A program made the position numbers and the translations under genes. This document shows positions 55,375-63,284 of a DNA stretch of 64,000 nucleotides, piece by piece. Position 1 is the first letter of the stretch. Every line of letters begins with the position of its first letter. The notes under the pieces are model-generated. The model did not search any database. It saw only the letters and a list, made by a program, of their open reading frames with translations, and had not been told where the DNA came from. Origin of the DNA: Dehalococcoidia bacterium (GTDB taxonomy: Bacteria; Chloroflexota; Dehalococcoidia; Lucifugimonadales; UBA3495); assembly GCA_965207585.1 (NCBI GenBank), contig CBDBMT010000002.1, positions 244,255 to 308,254 of the forward strand, written 5' to 3'.

Positions 55375-55787
55375 ACACCCGGAATGCCCGGAGTTGCGCG
55401 GGGCCGATTTGACTGGCGCGTGACGCCGGACAATCGGCTACTGAGGTATTCCCAGACTGGATGGCGAGGACTTTTCAACGTCCGGTAAAGGCCGCTACCC
55501 TCCATGTCGCCCCCCATGAAACCCCTCATGTTACCCCCCAGGTGCGGCGGCCCATCCCCGTCTTGCAGACTGTTCTTTCCAGTGATATTGGTGGCGGTGG
55601 TCGTTCCTGGGGAGCTGGAACTGAGCCAGGTGTGGTCGGCGGTGTCTCTCACCGCCATGGGAGTCCTGTTGAGCGCGGTAATCGCGGGACCCATTGAGAC
55701 GGTTCCTGCTGGAATGGGGAAACCTGTCCCAGAACCCATGCAACCACTCAGAAGGCCAGCGAGGAAAGGATGGGTTATGCTGAGCGA

Positions 55788-55817
55788 AAGGCCGGACTGT
55801 TTCCTCAGTCCGGCCTT
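55788..55817 (-). terminator. perfect 12-bp hairpin downstream of the HTH-paralog operon
   Basis: AAGGCCGGACTG-tttcct-CAGTCCGGCCTT. Lies 30 nt after the stop at 55847. Confidence 0.5.
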
Positions 55818-55846
55818 GCAATTGCGGTGGGTCCCGAAGACTCGCG

Positions 55847-56134
55847 TCAATCACCCAGCAGGTCGCTACCACCCTCCGGCTCCCGCGCCTCCGGCAACAG
55901 CAGGTGGAGCAGCCCCATAGCGGCGGCCAGGCCGAACAGGGACACCAGGTGACCGGAGCCTGGGGCGGCCCCGGCCTTCCAGCGGAACACCAGGCGTGCG
56001 CTTACTTTCAGCCGCCGGGCCAGGCCCCGCCAACTGAAACCGGCGGCCTGCCGGAAGGCGTCCAGCCGCTCCGGGAAGTCCGGCGGGAACTCCTCCGGCT
56101 CGATGTGATAGACCCACTGCTGGCGGCGGCTCAT
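55847..56134 (-). CDS. small HTH protein, paralog family P (copy 1)
   Basis: FPPDFPERLDAFRQAAGFSWRGLARRLKVSARLVFRWKAGAAP pattern shared by five ORFs. Confidence 0.6.
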   Translation of the reverse strand: MSRRQQWVYHIEPEEFPPDFPERLDAFRQAAGFSWRGLARRLKVSARLVFRWKAGAAPGSGHLVSLFGLAAAMGLLHLLLPEAREPEGGSDLLGD

Positions 56135-56142
56135 GGGACTAT

Positions 56143-56460
56143 CTACTCCCGCACCGGCCAGGGCTGGGATGCGTCCAGCAGCAGCACGGCGATACCGCCG
56201 GGAACGGCGCAGGCGAACTCCACGATGGCCCGCAGCTCGTCGTCATTGGGAGGCCGCCCGATGCGCCACAGCCGCCCCCGGCGGGCGGGCAGGCCGGCGG
56301 CCAGGGCCATCTCTTCGAGGGAGGTCCCTGACCGGTCTTCCAGCCGGCCCAACCGTACCGGGAAATCCTGGGGCAGGGACGGAGCGGGAAACCGCAGGGA
56401 ACGATCCCGCTCCGCGCCGTTCAGGGCGCTACTCACCACCATCAACCCCGGCGTCGCCAA
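56143..56460 (-). CDS. small HTH protein, paralog family P (copy 2, most divergent)
   Basis: LPQDFPVRLGRLEDRSGTSLEEMALAAGL...LWRIGRPP...FACAVPGGIAVLL. Confidence 0.55.
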   Translation of the reverse strand: MATPGLMVVSSALNGAERDRSLRFPAPSLPQDFPVRLGRLEDRSGTSLEEMALAAGLPARRGRLWRIGRPPNDDELRAIVEFACAVPGGIAVLLLDASQPWPVRE

Positions 56461-56746
56461 CCCCGGCCCATAGAGTCAAGGCGCCAGCGTCGCCCTGGCA
56501 CAAGAGCTCGATGCCGCCGGGGATGCTGCGGGCGAACTCGGTGATGGCCAGGATGTTGGCCCCGGAGGGCTTGCGCTCGCCCTTCCGCCACAGCAGGATG
56601 GCCCGCCCGCTCACCCCCAGCAACTGCGCTATCTCCTGCCATTTCAGTCCGGACAGCGCCTTCAGGCCCTCCAGCCGCCGCCCGAAGTCCTCGGGCCAGG
56701 GAGGAATGCGGAAGTCCTCCAACAGGTTTCGCTCTGCCAATGTCAT
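56429..56746 (-). CDS. small HTH protein, paralog family P (copy 3)
   Basis: WPEDFGRRLEGLKALSGLKWQEIAQLLGVSGRAILLWRKGERKP...FARSIPGGIELL. Confidence 0.6.
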   Translation of the reverse strand: MTLAERNLLEDFRIPPWPEDFGRRLEGLKALSGLKWQEIAQLLGVSGRAILLWRKGERKPSGANILAITEFARSIPGGIELLCQGDAGALTLWAGVGDAGVDGGE

Positions 56747-56750
56747 CCAG

Positions 56751-57047
56751 TTACCTCCTCGGTCGGTAGATTACGGTCACGTCTTCGTCTATCAGCAGGG
56801 CCAGGCCGCCCGGGACCCGGACCGCGAGGCGCACCAGGGACAGCATGGCCCCGGCATTGGGTTCACCGTCCTCCTTGCGCCAGCGGAACAGCTGGCGGGG
56901 GTCCACCCCCAGGGCGTCGGCCATTCCCTCCCAGTTGAGGCCGGTCAGTTCCTTGAGGGCCACCAGCTTCCGGGGGAAGTCCTCGGGCATCATGGCGAAG
57001 CCCGGCGGGAACAGCCGACAGCCGGAGCAATCCTGATCTCTACTCAT
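56751..57047 (-). CDS. small HTH protein, paralog family P (copy 4)
   Basis: MPEDFPRKLVALKELTGLNWEGMADALGVDPRQLFRWRKEDGEP...LAVRVPGGLALL. Confidence 0.6.
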   Translation of the reverse strand: MSRDQDCSGCRLFPPGFAMMPEDFPRKLVALKELTGLNWEGMADALGVDPRQLFRWRKEDGEPNAGAMLSLVRLAVRVPGGLALLIDEDVTVIYRPRR

Positions 57048-57282
57048 CGGTTTCCTCCAGAATGAACAAGTCCTCGAATTGGTTGACGCCCAGCACTTCC
57101 ATCAGGCGGCGGCGGGTCTCGCCGGAGGCGTAGCGCCGGCCGTTGAACAGGTCGGAGACGAAGCCGGGGGACCGCCCGATGAGCCGGGCCAGGTCGTTCT
57201 GGCTCATGTTGAGCACGTTGAGCCGCTCCCAGGCCTTGTCCGGGTCCAGGCGGGCGCGAAAGGCGAATTTCCTGCTCTTCAC
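57040..57282 (-). CDS. XRE-type HTH protein
   Basis: LNMSQNDLARLIGRSPGFVSDLFNGRR. Paralogous to the C-terminus of 63271..64000. Confidence 0.7.
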   Translation of the reverse strand: MKSRKFAFRARLDPDKAWERLNVLNMSQNDLARLIGRSPGFVSDLFNGRRYASGETRRRLMEVLGVNQFEDLFILEETDE

Positions 57283-57461
57283 GCCGCGTCCTCCGGTCCC
57301 CTGGCGTTTCCAACCCCTTCGCCGCCGCCGGCGGCGTCAACGGGCTGGGGGTAGAGTTCGGGGTGGGCCTGGTAGTGGCGGGCGATGATGCGGGCCAGGA
57401 TGCGCAGACCTTCGATGCGCTGGCGCTCCTGGTCCTCGGTGAGTCTTCGCTTTCTGGTCAA
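57279..57461 (-). CDS. hypothetical small protein, first gene of the minus-strand operon
   Basis: ORF track. 4-nt overlap with the next gene. Confidence 0.35.
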   Translation of the reverse strand: MTRKRRLTEDQERQRIEGLRILARIIARHYQAHPELYPQPVDAAGGGEGVGNARGPEDAA

Positions 57462-57703
57462 GGTTCATTCTCTCTATGGGCACCGGCGTGACTTCCGGGG
57501 GTAGCCCGGAAGGGGCCGGTGGGTTATACTCGGCCTGGATATTAGAAAATTCGTTCTGTACTGGTGAGTGTAGCAACCGCATATCGGCGTGGGCAATGGA
57601 TGAAACGTCTTTCCACTGCCTTTTTGACAAAGTGTTCACTATGATGTAACAATCAACCCGCAGAAAGACAACTACTGTTCGGGTCGGGAAGCCGGCAAGC
57701 GGG
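57462..57703. promoter_or_regulatory. AT-richer divergent control region between the HTH operon and the XRE/ImmA pair
   Basis: Locally low GC. Contains TTGACA and TATGAT/TATACT-like hexamers. Promoters are not resolved. Confidence 0.4.
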
Positions 57704-58156
57704 GTGGCGAGCATGAACCAATACGACGACAGCATGGAACCGGAAGACCTGCGGGAAGACGCTCAGGGCTATGAAGGCTACGAGGACATCGGCGCCCTGC
57801 TCAAGCGGCTGCGGGGCCGGGTCAGCCTGCGGGAGGTGACCCGGCGCACGGGCGTGTCCGCTTCCTACCTGTCCCAGATCGAGAGGGGAGTGAGCCAGCC
57901 CGGCGCCAACGTGGTCCGCAAGCTGGCCGAGCTTTACAACGTGGACGCCCAGGAGTTGCTGAAGCGAGCCGGCCACGGGCCGCAACCCGGTCCCTACACC
58001 GACGAGGCGATGGACGTGGAGCGGGCCTACCGCTTCGTGCTGGACGACCCGGCCTTCCGGGTGGGCACCCGGCCCGACGGCCCTATGACGGTCAACGCCA
58101 AGCGGTTCATCGTGGAGATGTACGAGAAGTTCACCGGCAAGAGGTTGCTGGAATGA
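57704..58156 (+). CDS. XRE-family transcriptional regulator (ImmR-like)
   Basis: LKRLRGRVSLREVTRRTGVSASYLSQIERGVSQPGANVVRKLAELY. Confidence 0.8.
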   Translation: MASMNQYDDSMEPEDLREDAQGYEGYEDIGALLKRLRGRVSLREVTRRTGVSASYLSQIERGVSQPGANVVRKLAELYNVDAQELLKRAGHGPQPGPYTDEAMDVERAYRFVLDDPAFRVGTRPDGPMTVNAKRFIVEMYEKFTGKRLLE

Positions 58157-59097
58157 TGGAGAACACCCTGGGCGGCTTCTGCCGCATCCTGCTGGACGAC
58201 GACCCATGCCCCCAAGCCCTGGACCTGGAGCAATTGGCCGCCCGTTTCGTGGAGTACTTCCAGTTGTCGGCCCGCCCCACCCTGGAGGAATTGACCGCCC
58301 TGGCGGAGCGGGCCGGGTTCGGCACGGTACAGGACGGGAAGATGGACGGGCTGAAGGGCGCTCACATCGGCCAACCCGGGGGCGAGTACCACATCTATCA
58401 CCGGGATGACCTGTGGGAGGGTTCCAAGGCCCACACGGTGCTCCATGAAATGTACGAGATCACCCTGGAGCGGATGGACGAAATCCACTCGCCGGGAATG
58501 CCGGTCCCCTCCTGGCCCAACCCCGTGATCTGCCAGCAGGCGGAACGCTTCGCGGCGGCGGCGCTGATGCAGCCGGACATCTTCCTGCCCTACGCTCAGG
58601 CCAGCGGGCTGGACGTGACGACCCTCCACGATGTCTTCGGCTGCGCCTACGCGTCGGCGGCCCTGCGGCTGGCCGAGGTGGTGCGGGACCCGCCCCTACT
58701 GGTGGTCCTGTACGAGCGAGAGGAGCGGGGCGACCCGGCGGGCTGGACCGGGCCCGCCGTACTGCGGGCCAGGGTGGTGAAGCGGACAGCGGGTTTCGCG
58801 GCGCGCCGGTCCTGGCTGTTGAACGGACGGCGGGGAGGGATGCCCCACAAGGACAAGGCCCTGCCCGCCGGTTCCCTGGCGGAGCGAGCGGCCCACAGCG
58901 GCGAGATGGAGTTTGCCGAGGCGGACGGGCTGGCAGTGGCTGCCAGGCCCGTCTTCTGGAAGAGGCGCCTGGCGAAGGTGATAGTTGTCGCCGTTCCCTG
59001 GGAACACTACGGCGTACTGGAACCGCAGTTGGGCCGTCAATGTCAAAGACGGCCCTATCCCGGGTTCAGCCAGAGGGCGGTGGCCGCCGCGCCTTGA
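58153..59097 (+). CDS. ImmA/IrrE-family metallopeptidase-like protein with a variant HEMYE site
   Basis: ATGA coupling to the XRE gene. KAHTVLHEMYEITLERM sits where HExxH is expected. Confidence 0.65.
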   Translation: MMENTLGGFCRILLDDDPCPQALDLEQLAARFVEYFQLSARPTLEELTALAERAGFGTVQDGKMDGLKGAHIGQPGGEYHIYHRDDLWEGSKAHTVLHEMYEITLERMDEIHSPGMPVPSWPNPVICQQAERFAAAALMQPDIFLPYAQASGLDVTTLHDVFGCAYASAALRLAEVVRDPPLLVVLYEREERGDPAGWTGPAVLRARVVKRTAGFAARRSWLLNGRRGGMPHKDKALPAGSLAERAAHSGEMEFAEADGLAVAARPVFWKRRLAKVIVVAVPWEHYGVLEPQLGRQCQRRPYPGFSQRAVAAAP

Positions 59098-59169
59098 CGG
59101 GGCGGGCCGGATGTCCGATAATCAAGTGTAAGACAAGTCATTACAGCAACCGACAAAAAAAGAGACACC

Positions 59170-59397
59170 ATGCCGCCACGCAGAAAGACCATCACCTTCT
59201 CCCTGCCCCCGGAGATGTTCGAGCAGGTGGATGCCGTGAGGCGGGAGGAGGGCCGCGACATGAGCGAACTGGTGCGCGAAGCCCTGCGGTTGTACATGGA
59301 AGAACGGGAGTTGCGACGACAGGCGCGCCTGGAACGGCTGCGCTCCCGTCAGGCTGACCAGTCAGACGATAATGATGGAGGACAGAGCAATGAGTAA
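59170..59397 (+). CDS. ribbon-helix-helix (CopG-like) protein
   Basis: KTITFSLPPEMFEQVDAVRREEGRDMSELVREALRLYM. Confidence 0.75.
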   Translation: MPPRRKTITFSLPPEMFEQVDAVRREEGRDMSELVREALRLYMEERELRRQARLERLRSRQADQSDDNDGGQSNE

Positions 59398-60169
59398 GAA
59401 TACCGACCTGACCCCGGCAGCACTCTACGCCCGCGTTTCCAGCGACCGCCAGGACGTTGACCTGTCCGTGGCCGCCCAGCTTCGGGCGCTCCACGACTAC
59501 GCCGACAAGAACGGCTACCTGGTGGTCCGCGAGTACATCGACGAGGCCGAGAGCGGACGGATCGCCGACCGCCCCCAGTTCCGCAGGATGCTGGACGAGG
59601 CAGCCAAGCCCGAAGCCCCTTTTCACGAGATTCTGGTCTGGAAATTTTCGAGGTTCACCCGCAAGCGCGAGCACGCCGTGGCCTTCAAGTCCATGCTCCG
59701 CAGGAAAGGCGTCCGCGTCGTCTCCATCACCGAGCACGCCGACGACACCCCCACCGGCAAGCTCATGGAGGCCATCATCGAGTCCGTGGATGAGTTCTAC
59801 TCGGAGAATTTAGCGCAGGAAGTGACGCGGGGAATGCGCGAGGCCGCCTCTAGGGGCTTTTGGATGACCACCTACGCCCCCTACGGCTACCGGCGGCTCT
59901 ACGTCCAGGACGGCGCCAAGAAGCGCCCCCGCCTGGAACTCAACCCGCCCCACGACGCCGTGGTACGCCGTATCTTCGACCTCACCCTCCAGGGCAAGAC
60001 CACCCTGGACATCCTCAAGACCCTCAACGCCGAGGGCATTCCCTCCTCTCACGGAAACCGGTGGACCAAGACCGTCATCCACAAGATCCTCGTCAACGAA
60101 GCCTACACCGGCACCCTGATACCGGAGGCGCAATCGACTCCAAATCGTCCGTTGGTATCGCCAGCGTGA
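59390..60169 (+). pseudogene. large serine recombinase truncated after about 243 codons
   Basis: ALYARVSSDRQ catalytic Ser context and resolvase domain. Homology stops at ...NEAYTGTLI (about 60118), where the convergent recombinase gene ends. Confidence 0.75.
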
Positions 60170-61697
60170 ACGTGAGGTTGTTTTCGCGGTTGATGGTCAC
60201 CTCGTCCAGCAGCAGCCGCAGCACCTCCCGCCGCTTCTCTTGAGGCAAATCGTCCAACTCATTGCCCATCAACTCCGCCCACTGCAACACCCGCTCCGCC
60301 AGTTCCACCTGCCCCGCCTGAGCCGACTCCCTGGCCCGGCAGTCGTCCAGCTTCCGGCGGGCGCTCTCCAACCTCTCCGTGATGAACCTCCTCTGGTGGT
60401 CCAACTGGGCCTCGGTGATCTTCCCTGACACGTAGAGCCGGATGGCCCGGTCCTCCTCCAGCTGAACCTTCTCCAGCTCTTTCTCCGCATTGCGGATTTC
60501 TTCACTCAGTCCATCCTCCTCCTTCTCTCCCAACGACTCTAGGCCGGCCACGATCAGGGCGGGGTTGGCCAGCACGTTCTTGACCTCCGTCCACACCAAC
60601 TCCTCCAGCCGCTCCGCCCGGATCATGGTGTGCTCCCGGCAGCCGGTCTGGAAGTGCTGCACGCCGTAGCACTTGTAGTATCGGCGGGGAACTTCCAGGT
60701 CGTACTTGTACACCTTGTCCCCGTGCTTCACCGTCCGTTTCCTGGTGGCCATGCAGCCCATCAGCATCCCGCACTCGGTGCAGCGCACCAGGTGTTGCAA
60801 CAGGTAGAATATCTTGGTGTTGCGTCCCGAGTAGGTCTTGCGCTTGGTCCGCATCTCCTGGCACCTATCCCAGGTCTCCGCGTCGATGATGGGCGGGAAG
60901 GGAACGGCGATCCAGTTCTCGGGGTCCTGGTCGTAGACCTTGACGCCGTCCTCGGTGGAGACGTAGCGGGCTCTGCCGTACCACCAGGTGCCCTTGTAGG
61001 TCTCGTTGGTCAGGATGCGGTGAATCTGGCCGTCCCACCACCGCTTGCCCGCCCGGCCCAGGGGCGCGTCCTCGGCGGTCAGCCGGTGGCGAATGACCGT
61101 GGCTCCTAATCCCTCTTCAACGCACCATTGGTAAATGCGGCGTACCACCTCGGCCTCCTCCTCCACGATCTCCGGCCGGCCGTCCTCGCCGACGCGGTAG
61201 CCGTAGGGGACGTTGCTGACCGGAATGCGCCCCGCCTTGGCGGCGCCCCGCTTGCCCATGGATGCCCGTTCGCGGAAGCTGTCCAGTTCCAGCTTGCCGA
61301 TGGCGGCCATCAGGCCGAAGGTCTTCATGTCGATGGAGTCCATCACCGCCTCCAGCTTGATATGGCTGGCTTCGATGACCTCCATCAGGGCGGCGGCGGG
61401 GTACATCCCCCGGCTGAGCCGGTCGGACTTCCAGCAGACGATGACGTCGAAGCGGCCCCGTTTGGCGTCGTTGAGCATCTTCTGGAACTGGCTGCGCTTT
61501 TTGGACCAGCCCTGGCCCACCTCCTGGTAGCGGGCGACGATGGTCAGGCCCCGCTGTTCGCAGTAGGCTTCCATCTCGCTGATCTGTTCGGCTATGGAGG
61601 TCTTGTCCTCTCCGTCCTGGCTCTTGTCGGAGACCCGGGCGTAGATGGCGGCCCGGTTGCCCTCGGACTTCTGCTTCTTCACTTTGGTTCCCGGCAT
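60093..61697 (-). CDS. large serine recombinase (integrase), intact
   Basis: AGGAGG lies 6 nt before the ATG at 61697. AIYARVSDKSQ, the recombinase domain, zinc ribbon LVRCTECG...YYKC and a coiled coil. Confidence 0.9.
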   Translation of the reverse strand: MPGTKVKKQKSEGNRAAIYARVSDKSQDGEDKTSIAEQISEMEAYCEQRGLTIVARYQEVGQGWSKKRSQFQKMLNDAKRGRFDVIVCWKSDRLSRGMYPAAALMEVIEASHIKLEAVMDSIDMKTFGLMAAIGKLELDSFRERASMGKRGAAKAGRIPVSNVPYGYRVGEDGRPEIVEEEAEVVRRIYQWCVEEGLGATVIRHRLTAEDAPLGRAGKRWWDGQIHRILTNETYKGTWWYGRARYVSTEDGVKVYDQDPENWIAVPFPPIIDAETWDRCQEMRTKRKTYSGRNTKIFYLLQHLVRCTECGMLMGCMATRKRTVKHGDKVYKYDLEVPRRYYKCYGVQHFQTGCREHTMIRAERLEELVWTEVKNVLANPALIVAGLESLGEKEEDGLSEEIRNAEKELEKVQLEEDRAIRLYVSGKITEAQLDHQRRFITERLESARRKLDDCRARESAQAGQVELAERVLQWAELMGNELDDLPQEKRREVLRLLLDEVTINRENNLTFTLAIPTDDLESIAPPVSGCRCRLR

Positions 61698-62003
61698 GGT
61701 CGCCTCCTGTTGGTTCGCATCGGCTGAAAATGGAACAGACCCGCCCCTGCCGGGAGCGGGTCCGCAAGTAGTACAATGCCGCCGCGTCACCTGTTCCCGC
61801 AGGTGGGGCCACGGCCCGGGGTGTTCCACCACCGCCGGGCCAACCTCTAGGGCTGATGATACTCCTGCGGCGGACCGGCGTCAAAGGCCAGCGGGATTGG
61901 GAAATTGGAAACTCGCTCTTGATGCTCGCGTTCCTTAAGCGTTCCCGGTTTGCGAGCAGGCGGGCCGTGCGGCGGCCGCTGGGGCTCAGGGTGTTCAGCG
62001 GGT

Positions 62004-62213
62004 CTATGCCTGGTCGAAATCCCGCCTGGAGATTCCCAGGTCCCTGCGGATCTCGTGCAGGGTGCCGGTTGCCAGGTCCCGGTTGCCGTGCCTGGGGATG
62101 ATGGTCTGACGGCCGTTTGCCGGGTTGCGCCATACTTCATGGGAACCTTGCCCTTGCCGCATAAAGACGCACTCCAGCCGCTCCAGTTTCCGGCGCAGTT
62201 CACGGTAGGTCAT
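62004..62213 (-). CDS. hicA: HicA mRNA interferase toxin
   Basis: MTYRELRRKLERLECVFMRQGQGSHEVWRNPANGRQTIIPRHGNRDLATGTLHEIRRDLGI. Confidence 0.8.
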   Translation of the reverse strand: MTYRELRRKLERLECVFMRQGQGSHEVWRNPANGRQTIIPRHGNRDLATGTLHEIRRDLGISRRDFDQA

Positions 62214-62455
62214 GCGGTTACCGTGAAGATCCCCTTGGTCCTCTTGCTCCGAGTCGTAGCGGGCGGTAAGGGTTCCGCTCTTTCCTTCTGGAGTTGGAGG
62301 AGGATTCTGGCGTTTCCCCACAGTGCCTCAAGGGTTTCCTCGGGGGTGTCACCCCAGGCCCGGCAGCCTTGCAGGGCCGGAATTTCGGCCCGATACATCC
62401 AACCGTGGCTCTCCTCGGGTTCGTGAAGAATGAATTCAAACTGATAGAGTTCCAT
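62210..62455 (-). CDS. hicB: HicB-like antitoxin
   Basis: HGWMYRAEIPALQGCRAWGDTPEETLEAL. ATGA overlap with hicA. Confidence 0.75.
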   Translation of the reverse strand: MELYQFEFILHEPEESHGWMYRAEIPALQGCRAWGDTPEETLEALWGNARILLQLQKERAEPLPPATTRSKRTKGIFTVTA

Positions 62456-62595
62456 CTCTTCCCTCCAACTCTCCGTAGGACGCCGCTGGGTTCATGTGTC
62501 TCTCGTTTCTCCCACATTGTCCTCTCCCTGACGATGATAAATCAACCCAATGGTCCGGTCTCCGCAGCGTTGACGGGCAGGGTCTGTTAGACCGG

Positions 62596-62832
62596 TCACT
62601 CCGCTCCCCGGTCCTCGTCATCGGCTGACTGACCGCCGGCAAGACGGTCCTGTTTCTCCTCAACCTGGTCCCGTTGGGCGAAGTGGGCGGCCAGGATGGT
62701 GAACAGGCGGCGCAGGCGGTCCTGGGCGTCGGGGGCGGGCTTGAACTCCACGCCCACGAAGCGCAGTTCCGATTCTCCACCGGCTGTCTTGCTCTTTCCG
62801 CTGTATTTCTTGGCGTCGCTCATAGCTTGCAA
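62596..62832 (-). CDS. hypothetical small protein
   Basis: ORF track only. Confidence 0.3.
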   Translation of the reverse strand: MQAMSDAKKYSGKSKTAGGESELRFVGVEFKPAPDAQDRLRRLFTILAAHFAQRDQVEEKQDRLAGGQSADDEDRGAE

Positions 62833-62900
62833 TAGGGTCTGGCGCTTGGGTTGCCGGCGCGGTCGAGGGAGGCGGGCGCCGGCCTGGGTTGGGTCAGGAT

Positions 62901-63284
62901 TTAGGCTTCGCCTTCCTCCTGCTCCTGGTCATCCCGCTCCTCGTCCTCCGTGTCCTGGTCCTCGTCGCCGGTTACGTCCGGTTCAGGGAACAGGCCCAGG
63001 AGGATGTCGATGCCGCCGGGAATCCCGCTGGCGAAGTGGAACAGGGAGAGGATGGAACCCCCTCGGGGCTCCGCGCCCTTGCCCCAGAGGCGGACCCGCT
63101 TGCGGTCCACCCCCAGGGCCACGGCCAGGCCGCTCCAGCTGAGGCCGCTGGCCTCCTTGACGCGGTTCAGCCGTCCCGGGAAGTACCGGAGCAGCCGGTC
63201 GACGTCCTGGGGCAGGTCGGGGTCGTCGTCCCGGTCCTCGGGCCGGAGCCCGTCGAACTCCGGGTCGTCGTTAGGGTTGGTCAT
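62901..63284 (-). CDS. small HTH protein, paralog family P (copy 5) with acidic tails
   Basis: YFPGRLNRVKEASGLSWSGLAVALGVDRKRVRLWGKGAEP...FASGIPGGIDILL. Confidence 0.6.
   Translation of the reverse strand: MTNPNDDPEFDGLRPEDRDDDPDLPQDVDRLLRYFPGRLNRVKEASGLSWSGLAVALGVDRKRVRLWGKGAEPRGGSILSLFHFASGIPGGIDILLGLFPEPDVTGDEDQDTEDEERDDQEQEEGEA

Noticed and set aside
55560-55600. Weak similarity of CAGTGATATTGGTGGCGG to the recombinase junction CCCTGATACCGGAGGCGC at about 60110, considered as an att-site pair
   Set aside because: Only about 12 of 18 positions match, with no flanking support. This is indistinguishable from chance in GC-rich DNA.
57653-58207. 184-aa minus-strand ORF across the XRE gene
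   Set aside because: It runs antisense to a clear XRE HTH gene and has low-complexity composition.
61117-62133. 338-aa minus-strand ORF overlapping the serine recombinase and hicA
   Set aside because: It is an off-frame Arg/Pro/Gly-rich artefact. The recombinase and HicA frames carry the family motifs.
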